Part shown: one piece after another, positions 19,331-28,256 of the stretch
Layout: each line of letters starts with the position of its first letter
How positions within the stretch are numbered: position 1 is the stretch's first letter
Source: a virus
Taxonomy: Duplodnaviria > Heunggongvirae > Uroviricota > Caudoviricetes
Reading direction: 5' to 3' (one strand)
Length of the DNA stretch: 64,000 nt
IMG/VR virus record: IMGVR_UViG_3300033273_000374
Span: 64,001 to 128,000 of that record
Made by a program: the position numbers and the translations under genes
The notes under the pieces: generated by a model
What the model was told of the DNA's origin: nothing
Seen by the model: the letters and a program-made list of their open reading frames with translations, nothing else
The model's database searches: none

Positions 19331-19797
19331 TAAATCCTCCGTACACCATCTGCATCTTTGGTTGAAGTTGGGGTTTGTGCAGTGCTAGACACTGTCTGTT
19401 GCTGCTTTACTGCAGCAGCAAGACCACCACTTGGAGTTGCCTCTTCTTGTGTTGATTGTTCTTCAATCATGCGTCCAACATTAGTACCTTCTACTTTTGG
19501 TTCTTCTTTTGCTGGCTGAGGAACAGGTTCCCAATCTTGCCAATCATCTTCTTGAATCTGATTAGCACTGCTACCACCTTCAGGAATATCACCATCCTGT
19601 GGAACCATTGTGCTTAGATTGTGATACTCTTGCATGATTTGATTGCGGGTTTTTGTAATTGTGCCATCAGACAAAATTTCATCGCCACGTGCATTAACAC
19701 GCATGTTACCAATTGCTGGCACAGTTTCATTTTTAGTTAACATGGTGCTCATGTCTACTGTTGCACCTCTTGATGTTCTATAAACTCTTTTTGGCAT
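19330..19797 (-). CDS. Hypothetical phage protein
   Basis: 155 aa; NMRVNARGDEI motif, low-complexity C-terminus. Confidence 0.7.
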   Translation of the reverse strand: MPKRVYRTSRGATVDMSTMLTKNETVPAIGNMRVNARGDEILSDGTITKTRNQIMQEYHNLSTMVPQDGDIPEGGSSANQIQEDDWQDWEPVPQPAKEEPKVEGTNVGRMIEEQSTQEEATPSGGLAAAVKQQQTVSSTAQTPTSTKDADGVRRI

Positions 19798-19826
19798 TTC
19801 TTACTCCTATTAAGTGCGTATATTAC

Positions 19827-20339
19827 TTATCTTAAAAATTCTTCAATGTCTAAATCATAGTACATGCTATCAATTTTGTGTACACCTATCAAGTATAACA
19901 CATAACTGGCAACACTTGAACCTCTACCTACGCCCCATACTATGTTGTTTGAGCGCATTGTTTCTACAAAATAACGTAAAAAACACAGCAATGGCATCAT
20001 GTCACGTTCTTGATATAACAACAATTCTTTACCAACTCGTTGCAGTTGTGCATCTGTAGTACACTGCTTTAAGCACCATTCAGCAATATCAAACTGTGCA
20101 TACTCTGCAGGCATGTGCCAATTGTTTTGATTTTGTTTGTGGTAAACTTCAGGTGTACAATCCAGTGTTGTGCTTGTGCTCAATTGCAGATCAATGTGCA
20201 TCTCATAACAAGCACGGTTAAACTTTTCAACGTTGTCTAGTGTTAGGTTACTGACGTCTAAGCTAGGGTTACAGTACAACATTTGTACTGCATCTTGTTC
20301 AGTTAGTAACTGTCTGCTGTATTGGTCAAGATTCATCAT
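19827..20339 (-). CDS. dnaE: Stand-alone fragment of DNA polymerase III alpha
   Basis: WGVGRGSSVASYVLYLIGVHKID...EFLR matches DnaE GxGRGSxAGSLVxYxLGIT..DP....FERFL. Confidence 0.8.
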   Translation of the reverse strand: MMNLDQYSRQLLTEQDAVQMLYCNPSLDVSNLTLDNVEKFNRACYEMHIDLQLSTSTTLDCTPEVYHKQNQNNWHMPAEYAQFDIAEWCLKQCTTDAQLQRVGKELLLYQERDMMPLLCFLRYFVETMRSNNIVWGVGRGSSVASYVLYLIGVHKIDSMYYDLDIEEFLR

Positions 20340-20943
20340 CTTTATCGTTGTCACTTACCAATCTTGGCTTGAATCGTTTAGGTGCTTCGATGGCTTTGTG
20401 TTCGTACACCAAACCTTCTTTGTCCCAATTTTGTGTTTCAAATTTGATACCATTTGGGTGTAGTCTAATAAAGTTTACATTAGATGAGTACCAATAGTCA
20501 ACATATTCTTCTAGATCAGGATTGTCTATCAGTTCACGCAGTGTATCACCAGAGTCAGCAACATCTTCAAATGAGTGTGTGACACCTTGTCCTTGTGTGC
20601 TAGTAACACTCACACGTTCAACGATGAACACACCTTGTACCAGTGCTGTAATCTTTGTGTGTAATGCTATGGCCAACAAATGATCATATGGTTCGTCAGG
20701 TAATGTATGTATCACACCATTCAACCCCATGGCATTTTTGAACTTGCTTACACTGCTGGGCCCTATCAGTATGCTATCCTCAAACACATCTCTGAACACA
20801 ATGTTGATACGTTCGAGTGCAACAGTGTAATTCTTTTGTGTGCTGTTTGCAGGCTGTAGATTAATTTTTACATCAAATGTGTTTGGTAGCAGTTGTGTGT
20901 CAACAACTATACAACAACTGAATCTTTCTTCTATTGTTATCAT
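20326..20943 (-). CDS. Hypothetical phage protein
   Basis: 205 aa, coupled in operon. Confidence 0.65.
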   Translation of the reverse strand: MITIEERFSCCIVVDTQLLPNTFDVKINLQPANSTQKNYTVALERINIVFRDVFEDSILIGPSSVSKFKNAMGLNGVIHTLPDEPYDHLLAIALHTKITALVQGVFIVERVSVTSTQGQGVTHSFEDVADSGDTLRELIDNPDLEEYVDYWYSSNVNFIRLHPNGIKFETQNWDKEGLVYEHKAIEAPKRFKPRLVSDNDKDDES

Positions 20944-21191
20944 GATATGTCTATGCTATCCTTAAATTTGTCGTCGTCGCCATCAGATTGTTCTGCTAGT
21001 TTTTTGAGATGTTCTCTGTCTCGGCGAACTCGTTCTTCTTTCATTTCCTCTAACACCATGCCAACTTGTCTTATCAGTGCTGGATTTCCAAACCTATAAC
21101 TTTGGTTAAGTTTTTTTGTAAGTTCTGTTATTTTGTCTTGTAACTCGCCGTCTGTTAGACTGGTTACATCACCTAACAATGGATGGAACAT
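20940..21191 (-). CDS. Small helical-hairpin protein
   Basis: 83 aa; weak resemblance to uL29. Confidence 0.65.
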   Translation of the reverse strand: MFHPLLGDVTSLTDGELQDKITELTKKLNQSYRFGNPALIRQVGMVLEEMKEERVRRDREHLKKLAEQSDGDDDKFKDSIDIS

Positions 21192-21427
21192 CAGTCATAA
21201 TCTCCTGCTGCTCGTTTGTGACAATATATATCAAAACTTTTCCAGTTTGACCAAACCAGGAACCAACCCAACATACTTAACCACATGTTTGGAGCAAATG
21301 CAAGGTTGATACTTAGCCAAATCAACAGTGCATAGATCATGACAACAACATGATCACGGGCTGTCATTTGTGGTCTAGAGGTCGCCATCTTTTCTGTTTT
21401 CGCTGTAGTAAGCATCAAACTCGCCAC
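21191..21427 (-). CDS. Small two-TM protein (start uncertain)
   Basis: Two hydrophobic segments; overlaps mazG end. Confidence 0.55.
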   Translation of the reverse strand: MASLMLTTAKTEKMATSRPQMTARDHVVVMIYALLIWLSINLAFAPNMWLSMLGWFLVWSNWKSFDIYCHKRAAGDYD

Positions 21428-21779
21428 CTGGATAACGAGCTTTTAGTTTGTTAACATTTTCAGCAATAACGTCATTTGGGTCTAAGTTTAGTGCATGGCA
21501 TCCTTGGATCCAATACCATATGACATCGCCAAGTTCACGCTTCAGGTGAAAGATTGTTTCTTCATTCATAGGTTTGCCTTGGAACAAACACTTTTTTACA
21601 ATTTCACTGAATTCGCCTGTTTCGCTTGCAAGTCCAATACTTGCTGTAAGCAAACGTGGAACTATCACGTGTTTGGATAATTCACGCATACTTGCATCTA
21701 ATGCACTGCTACTTTTGCTTTCGTCACTGGTAACTGCAGTTACAAATTCTGCATATTTTTTAAGATCAATATTGTTCAT
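21375..21779 (-). CDS. mazG: MazG-like NTP pyrophosphohydrolase
   Basis: GLASETGEFSEIVKK, RELGDVIWY, NVNKLKARYP. Confidence 0.9.
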   Translation of the reverse strand: MNNIDLKKYAEFVTAVTSDESKSSSALDASMRELSKHVIVPRLLTASIGLASETGEFSEIVKKCLFQGKPMNEETIFHLKRELGDVIWYWIQGCHALNLDPNDVIAENVNKLKARYPGGEFDAYYSENRKDGDL

Positions 21780-21833
21780 GTTGCACCTTTAATGTTTCAT
21801 ACATTATACGACAGGTAGATACAAAATGCAATA

Positions 21834-22565
21834 TTAATATGCGGAGATTGCTGCTCTTTTCCAAATAACTGTTGAGCCATCGTATGTGCCAGTACAAACA
21901 TAAATGTAATTACTGTCCACAGCAACATTGCCTGCAACATCACCACTTTGTCCTGTGTTTGCAGGTGTGCGTACATCTGCTTTTACACGTGAACGTGTTA
22001 GATCATTTACAGCAACAGTTGTGCCTTGGTCGTCTGTAGTAAATTCAAAAATATAAGTACCAGTTGCATCAAAAGTAATAACTTTGGTTGCAGGTACAAT
22101 ACCTTGTAAACTGTCAGCACCAAGTGTAACAGCGGAAGGCAATGTCAATGTGTGCGATACACTAGCAATTGTTATTTCAAGTCGGATGGTGCCAACTTTT
22201 CCACTGGCTGGAAAGTTGCTAAATGCAAGAGTAATACTGCCACTTGTTGTAACAGTTTGATATGGACCTTCTGCATAGTTAAGAGTAACATTGCCTGATG
22301 TGGTACCTTTGGAAACTCGTGTACCACTCATGTCTTTTAATTCAAAGTCACTTAGTACACTACCACCACCTGAATTATCAAGTGTCTCGCCTGTTAAAGC
22401 ACTCTTTAGTACTGCCTTACTTTGTAGATCCTCGATCTCACTTTTTGCATTAGTGAAGTTGTTTTTGATGTTAGTGAAATTATCTCTAAAACCTTGACTG
22501 TCATTGTCTTGGCCTGCAATAGGATAAGTTCCATCAATATTGTTTGCATTGATATTACTTGCCAT
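21834..22565 (-). CDS. Virion structural protein (tail/baseplate)
   Basis: N-terminal GFRDNFTNIK coiled motif; C-terminal YIYVC...WKR cap shared with 25570-26913. Confidence 0.7.
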   Translation of the reverse strand: MASNINANNIDGTYPIAGQDNDSQGFRDNFTNIKNNFTNAKSEIEDLQSKAVLKSALTGETLDNSGGGSVLSDFELKDMSGTRVSKGTTSGNVTLNYAEGPYQTVTTSGSITLAFSNFPASGKVGTIRLEITIASVSHTLTLPSAVTLGADSLQGIVPATKVITFDATGTYIFEFTTDDQGTTVAVNDLTRSRVKADVRTPANTGQSGDVAGNVAVDSNYIYVCTGTYDGSTVIWKRAAISAY

Positions 22566-25537
22566 TATCTAAATACTCCGACCTGTGGAAACTTAATGTA
22601 TTTATCTTCATCGTCTTGGTACACAAATTTGTCTACACTTGCAAAGAAACGTGTGCTTTTTCCGTCAAAGTAAGTTTCGCCTATTATACTATCTTCAAGA
22701 TCTACTCTTAGATAGTTTGGTGCTGTTCTACCACCGCTTGGACGATTTTCGTAGAAATAGTCACCATTCAAGTATGTTACACGAACTTTCGCACCTAAGT
22801 CAATCTCTGTTTTGAATGTGCATACCAGCACACCGTTAACACTTTTTATATTCCATACACCACCACGTTGGTTTACACTTGCACTTCCTGCAAAGTACTT
22901 TTCAACATAGCCATCAATTGCTGTTGATTCGCTGAACGGTGTTCCGTCTTGGTCATACACATCACCAAAGTTTGCAGTTTCTAAGTTCCAACCATCATTG
23001 GTTTGTGTTGTAGCAGTGCTGCCAGTAAGTCCAGTTTGCTGTAGCCAGATAACATCTATACCATCACCTGCAAATTGGCTTATATCATTTACACCTTCTA
23101 TATAACCTGCTCTAACAATATCGCCTGCAATCTTGTTATTGATAGCATCAAACGCAATACCATCAACTGCAAAATCTACTGTGGCACTTATTCCTGTTGA
23201 TTTGTCAAGTTCACTGATATTAAGTGAATACAAGTCAAATGAGGTTTCTGCTGTTACTGTGTATTTTCCAGTTTCTTTGTTGTAGTATTTGCTAAGGTTG
23301 TTGTCAAGTATGTATCTGTCAACTTCAAAGCTAATGTTCTTAAGATCAATTGCTGTTCTTTGTTCTAGTAAATATTTGATCTTCTTGCTTGTCCCTGGTT
23401 TGCAGTACACAATTGGCACAGCCAGTGTCCAGCCAAGTATGCTGTTATCCTCTTGTTTACTTTGCATCCACTCAGGTAGTACCAAACGTTCAAGGATGAC
23501 TTCACCAATTGCACTTTTTAATCTGGCACGCATATTTTCAATTGCATTTGGATATGCAAGATAATCATTTCCAGAACTTGAACGATAGTTTCCACTATCA
23601 ACTGTGATGTAGTAATCCTCTCCTGCATCAACACTGAGAGGGTTGGTCCAATCATTGCTACTACGCAAGTCTACACGTTGACTTGCAGGTGCAGGTCTAT
23701 CAGTAGTTGGATCTGTTCCAACTGCTTTGTCAACCATTTCAATATACACCAGCTCGTAACGCACAGTGCCATCTGTGTTAAGAGCTCTTGCAGTTTTAAA
23801 ACTACCAAACCTTAACACATTGTTCCAATGATTTTGTGCAGCAGCTTCTACATAATCAGTTTCTGGTTTTGGATTCAATCCAGATGCTACTAGCATACGC
23901 ATATCTTTTTGTAGTCCAAAATTGAAGTCTGTGGGTCTATAGATATCTCGTTGTGGAATATCATCTGCGTTATAAATTAGACTATCGTATATTTCTCTTT
24001 GTGTCTGGTTAGGTAGTGCTTTAACATATAAACTTTCGTATGGTTTGATGCTGCTTGGTGTAACCTTTATAGTAAATGTTTCAAACGTGTCAATGGTTAA
24101 ATCTGAACTGAAGGCCCTTACTGTAAATGTGTAAGTTCTTTCCCAAACAGTTTCGTTATAGAATAGTGTTTCAACATCAAATGTGGTAGTGCCTGTATCA
24201 AACATCATTGTTTCAAAACTAACACGGCCTATAATCAAACCACTGCTATCTAGTGTAAGCCCTTGTGGCAAGGCTTGTGCATAACCTGCTTTAAGTTCAT
24301 ATTGTACACTTGCTCCACTACCAATTGTTGCTTTTACATCAAGTTCACTAACACTACCTGTTTCTATGGTTCCTAGGTCAGTGTTAGGCCAGGTAATTGT
24401 TTTGTCAACATCACCTTCAACTTTCATTGTAAAGTAAACCCAATCGCTTACACGATCCGTAGCATTCTTTTTCTTACAACGCACTGCCCAGTCATATTCT
24501 ACTGTAGTTGGAGTTAAACTTGGCAATGTTCCATAAAACCAGCCTGTGTCTGTGTCTAATACAAGTCCTGGAGGTGCATTGTACCCACTACCGCCATAGT
24601 CTACTGTATCAAATCCAACTCCATCTGCATCAAAACCTGATCCAACGTCGCTGGTAAGTTCAAAAACTATAGGATCATTGTCTAGATCTAATCCTTTGAA
24701 TTGGAATGCAAAATAGTTGTCGTGTTTGAATGTTCCAAGATCTTGTGATGGAGTTGTCATAAACGGATCACGCTGTGGAGTTTGATCTGCAGTTAATAGA
24801 ACATTAAGTTCACTGTCTGCTGCAAAGTTACTGGCTGAATCTGCTGTAAATACTTCATTATCAGCAGTAAGCAAGTTTCTACTGACCACAAACATTGTAT
24901 AAGTTCGTTGGTCAATTCTAAATCCATCACTTACTTGTGCAGTAAATTCATAGTTTTTGCTTACACTGCGAGTAGCAAAATCCCAAGCAGTTGTATCAAA
25001 CGCTTCTGCATCAAATCCTGGTGTGCTATTATCAGCAAGTTCTGGCAGTATATATCCACTGATTAATCCGCTTGTGCTTAATGTCAGGCCTGGTGGAAAA
25101 TTACCACCCACAATACTCCATGTAAGGTTTTGTCCTGGGTCTTCATCTGTAGCAGTGAGTTGTATGTTTATTATGCTTCCATCAAATACTGCACCTAATG
25201 CACTGGCAGGAAGTGTATCTATCACAGGATCATCTGGACCTGTAACAGTAATACTAAACACACGATCAGCAACTTGTCCGTCAACGCTGGTTGCTCTTAC
25301 TGTGAATTGATTAAATGTGTCTACAGCAACCTCTTGTGGAACACCTTGTATGTAGTCTGTGTTACTAGGATAGCCTTCTACTGATCCATCTGTTCTAATA
25401 ACAATACCATCAGGTAATCTACCACTATGGAACTTGTAGTTGGTTGCGTTTTCTGCACCCAGTTGTAGTTGGTAAAATTCACCTTCTACAATTGTCCCTA
25501 GGTCACCAGGTGGTGTTATCCACGATGGAGCGGCCAT
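22565..25537 (-). CDS. Large baseplate-wedge-like protein with Ig-like repeats
   Basis: 990 aa; repeated PPGLTLSTSGLISG-type Ig units and FD motifs; inside structural block after a late promoter. Confidence 0.7.
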   Translation of the reverse strand: MAAPSWITPPGDLGTIVEGEFYQLQLGAENATNYKFHSGRLPDGIVIRTDGSVEGYPSNTDYIQGVPQEVAVDTFNQFTVRATSVDGQVADRVFSITVTGPDDPVIDTLPASALGAVFDGSIINIQLTATDEDPGQNLTWSIVGGNFPPGLTLSTSGLISGYILPELADNSTPGFDAEAFDTTAWDFATRSVSKNYEFTAQVSDGFRIDQRTYTMFVVSRNLLTADNEVFTADSASNFAADSELNVLLTADQTPQRDPFMTTPSQDLGTFKHDNYFAFQFKGLDLDNDPIVFELTSDVGSGFDADGVGFDTVDYGGSGYNAPPGLVLDTDTGWFYGTLPSLTPTTVEYDWAVRCKKKNATDRVSDWVYFTMKVEGDVDKTITWPNTDLGTIETGSVSELDVKATIGSGASVQYELKAGYAQALPQGLTLDSSGLIIGRVSFETMMFDTGTTTFDVETLFYNETVWERTYTFTVRAFSSDLTIDTFETFTIKVTPSSIKPYESLYVKALPNQTQREIYDSLIYNADDIPQRDIYRPTDFNFGLQKDMRMLVASGLNPKPETDYVEAAAQNHWNNVLRFGSFKTARALNTDGTVRYELVYIEMVDKAVGTDPTTDRPAPASQRVDLRSSNDWTNPLSVDAGEDYYITVDSGNYRSSSGNDYLAYPNAIENMRARLKSAIGEVILERLVLPEWMQSKQEDNSILGWTLAVPIVYCKPGTSKKIKYLLEQRTAIDLKNISFEVDRYILDNNLSKYYNKETGKYTVTAETSFDLYSLNISELDKSTGISATVDFAVDGIAFDAINNKIAGDIVRAGYIEGVNDISQFAGDGIDVIWLQQTGLTGSTATTQTNDGWNLETANFGDVYDQDGTPFSESTAIDGYVEKYFAGSASVNQRGGVWNIKSVNGVLVCTFKTEIDLGAKVRVTYLNGDYFYENRPSGGRTAPNYLRVDLEDSIIGETYFDGKSTRFFASVDKFVYQDDEDKYIKFPQVGVFR

Positions 25538-25569
25538 TTAAATACTCCTCTTTGTAGTATTTATCGCTC

Positions 25570-26913
25570 TTACCAAGTTGCGATTGCTACACGCTTCCAT
25601 ACACTTGTGGCACCATCATAGTCTGCAGTGCAATAATAAATGTAACTAGAGTCAAAAGCAACATCACCTTGCTGATCGCCTGCAGCACCTATTGCACTTG
25701 CTGGTGTATATGTGTTTTCAACTCGTAATCTATCCCCTGAAACAACAACTTTGCCTGTACCTGCAGGATTTAGAATGATGTCTTCGTTGGTGCTAAGTGA
25801 TGAAATATTGTTATCTTCTAATCTTAAGCCGCTGGTTTCTAATTTGTCACCAGTTACTGTAGCAGTTGTGATGATCGTACTAGTAGCACTAATTGAAGTA
25901 GTGGTTAGTCCACCGTTAAACGCTGGAGCAGTTGTTGTGCTTGCTCCTCTACCTAATACACTGTCAATTGTGCTGGTGTTTGCAATAGTAAGCACATCAG
26001 CAGTGATGCTGGTGGTTATATCTGCTCCGCCAACAACACCTAATATTTCACCATTTTCAATAACATGAGCAGTGCTTGTATCATCAACTAGTGTTAGACT
26101 GTAGGTGTTTGAACTAATTTGTGTGTCAACATAGCCTTTGGTTGCTGCATCTTGAGTGTTGCTTGGATCACTGACATTAATAAGCAAATTACTATTGAAG
26201 TCAATGTTGCCTGCAGGATCAATCACAATGTTGCCGCTAGTGGTGCTGATAGTGTCAGCATCACCTATTGTGATGTTACCTCCTAGTGTGATGTTGCCTG
26301 TTACATCTACGTTACCACTAAAAGTACCATCTCTAGCACTAATATCTCTTGCATACAAATCACGCCATTTGAGTGTGGTACTACCTAGGTCGTTGTTTTG
26401 TGTAACACTAGGAACAATGCTGCTATCAACTCTACCAACAAAGGTAATAGTGTCTGCGCTACTATCACCTAAATCAACACTGCCGTTTGCTGTTAACAAT
26501 CCACCAATGGTAACAGCATTGGTTACTGTTAAATCACTAACAGTTGTGCTGCCTATAGTGATTGCACCAAACGTAGCAGCACCTGTTACAGACAGTGTGC
26601 CACCTATTTGTGCGTTGGCGTCTACTTGTAGATTGTTGCTACGGCTCTGGCCTGTGACAACAAGTGCGCCTCTGATCAGTGTATCAGCACTGATATCAAC
26701 TTCACCTGCACCACTTGGACTTAGCACAATGTCTTGGTTAGTGGTTTCTGTGCTGATTACATTTGCATTGAAACTTAAACTGCTTAGACTACTGCCACCA
26801 AGTTCGTTGTAGATTTCAGTAAAGTTTTCATTAACTTTATTGAAAGCGACCCTAAGGAGATCACCGGTGCCATCGTCTTGGTTAGTGCCAATGTTGATAG
26901 TTTGCTTAGCCAC
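25570..26913 (-). CDS. Baseplate/tail-fibre protein, T4 gp9/gp10-like N-terminus
   Basis: GTG start; MAKQTINIG..DDGTGD.LR.AF.KVN.NF.EIY. Confidence 0.78.
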   Translation of the reverse strand: MAKQTINIGTNQDDGTGDLLRVAFNKVNENFTEIYNELGGSSLSSLSFNANVISTETTNQDIVLSPSGAGEVDISADTLIRGALVVTGQSRSNNLQVDANAQIGGTLSVTGAATFGAITIGSTTVSDLTVTNAVTIGGLLTANGSVDLGDSSADTITFVGRVDSSIVPSVTQNNDLGSTTLKWRDLYARDISARDGTFSGNVDVTGNITLGGNITIGDADTISTTSGNIVIDPAGNIDFNSNLLINVSDPSNTQDAATKGYVDTQISSNTYSLTLVDDTSTAHVIENGEILGVVGGADITTSITADVLTIANTSTIDSVLGRGASTTTAPAFNGGLTTTSISATSTIITTATVTGDKLETSGLRLEDNNISSLSTNEDIILNPAGTGKVVVSGDRLRVENTYTPASAIGAAGDQQGDVAFDSSYIYYCTADYDGATSVWKRVAIATW

Positions 26914-26924
26914 TGTAACTCTCC

Positions 26925-27494
26925 TTATGCGTTAGCGTAGTAAGGAATTACATACACACTGCCATCAATCTTTACTTTCATATACCCTGTTGGAGTTGCT
27001 GGTAGAGCATTTGCACCACCTGCTGCGCCTACAGTTGTTTGTGTAGATACATTGAAGTTAACTACACCAGTGCCACTTGGATCAAGTGTAATGTCTTGGT
27101 TACTGTTTGCTGTGCCAATTGTGCCAGCATGTATTGTAACATCTTCTGCTTGGAATGTTGAAGTAGTAGCATTCCAACTTAGTTTGCTGCTAAACTGGAT
27201 GTCACCGTCTGCATCGCTGTAAGCGATACCATTGTCTACATGATCAGTAAAACGTAGTTCAGCCGCAGTTGCAATAACAACTTTGCCTGTGCCGTTTGGA
27301 TCAAGTATGATGTTTCCGTTTGTGTTTTCACTGATTAAACTGTTGCCACTGATAGCAACATTGTTCCCGCTGCCTGCCGCAGAAACGCTGTACAACTCAG
27401 TGAAGTTGTCGTTAATTTTATCAAAAGCGGTACGAAGCGGATCGCCTGTACCGTCATTGGCGGCAGAACCAATGTTAATAGTTTGTTTTGCCAT
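26925..27494 (-). CDS. Baseplate/tail-fibre protein, gp9/gp10-like N-terminus
   Basis: MAKQTINIGSAANDGTGDPLRTAFDKINDNFTELY; perfect TATAAATA at 27518-27525. Confidence 0.78.
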   Translation of the reverse strand: MAKQTINIGSAANDGTGDPLRTAFDKINDNFTELYSVSAAGSGNNVAISGNSLISENTNGNIILDPNGTGKVVIATAAELRFTDHVDNGIAYSDADGDIQFSSKLSWNATTSTFQAEDVTIHAGTIGTANSNQDITLDPSGTGVVNFNVSTQTTVGAAGGANALPATPTGYMKVKIDGSVYVIPYYANA

Positions 27495-27560
27495 TTGAAT
27501 ATCTCCTTAGGACTGTGTATTTATAGAACTTTTTTACTTAGCCTTGTGCTAAATATTTTT

Positions 27561-27824
27561 ATGATTTTGGATACCTCTAAGTTGCAAACTGTTTATTGGC
27601 GCAAACGCAATGGTAAAATGCACCAATGCTCAACCACTAAAACTGTATATCACATACGTTGTGATAGTTGTGAACAAGAGTTTACTAGAACAAGCAAGCA
27701 ATTGAATAAGAAAAGTGGTACTCATGTTTGTAGCAATTGCAATCAAAAAAGATTTGCTCAAACACAAAGCGCCACTTGGAAACGTTATAACAAACTTGAT
27801 GCTAGTGCAGGATATAAGTTGTGA
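27561..27824 (+). CDS. Zn-ribbon protein
   Basis: CDSC...CSNC; start at ATG 27561. Confidence 0.65.
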   Translation: MILDTSKLQTVYWRKRNGKMHQCSTTKTVYHIRCDSCEQEFTRTSKQLNKKSGTHVCSNCNQKRFAQTQSATWKRYNKLDASAGYKL

Positions 27825-28130
27825 TTAGACTGCAAAACTTTCGCCACATCCACAACTAGATGCAGCATTTGGATTAATAACTTTTAGATATGAACCACCT
27901 AGTTCTGTAACGTAGTCTATGGTGCATCCTACCACAAACAATTCTGCCATTGGGTCAAGCACTAACACATCTTCATATGGCTCGCTCCAATTAACATCTG
28001 GCAGGTTCTTTTTAAAATCCCACACATAGGTAAAGCCGGAACAGCCACCACCCGACACTCCAAGTGTAACGTAATCGCCGTTCCGCACTTTATCTAGGTA
28101 TTTCTTTGCTTCTTCAGTTACGGTTATCAT
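27825..28130 (-). CDS. iscA: HesB/IscA-family Fe-S cluster carrier protein
   Basis: GGGCSGFTY and CGCGESF; start ATG 28130. Confidence 0.93.
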   Translation of the reverse strand: MITVTEEAKKYLDKVRNGDYVTLGVSGGGCSGFTYVWDFKKNLPDVNWSEPYEDVLVLDPMAELFVVGCTIDYVTELGGSYLKVINPNAASSCGCGESFAV

Positions 28131-28180
28131 GTTGACCCTCTTATACTTGTCTTGGCCCACTGTGTGTACTGTATTTATGG

Positions 28181-28256
28181 TGGTGACCCCTACGGGACTC
28201 GAACCCGTGTTTCTGCCGTGAAAGGGCAGCGTCCTAGACCGCTAGACGAAGGGGCC
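28181..28256 (-). tRNA. trnE: tRNA-Glu(UUC)
   Basis: Anticodon arm CTGCC-CTTTCAC-GGCAG; encoded CCA. Confidence 0.93.

Noticed and set aside
28178-28183. CCACCA at the end of tRNA-Glu as a degradation mark
   Set aside because: The second CCA overlaps the CATAAATA late promoter of the next gene, which explains it.
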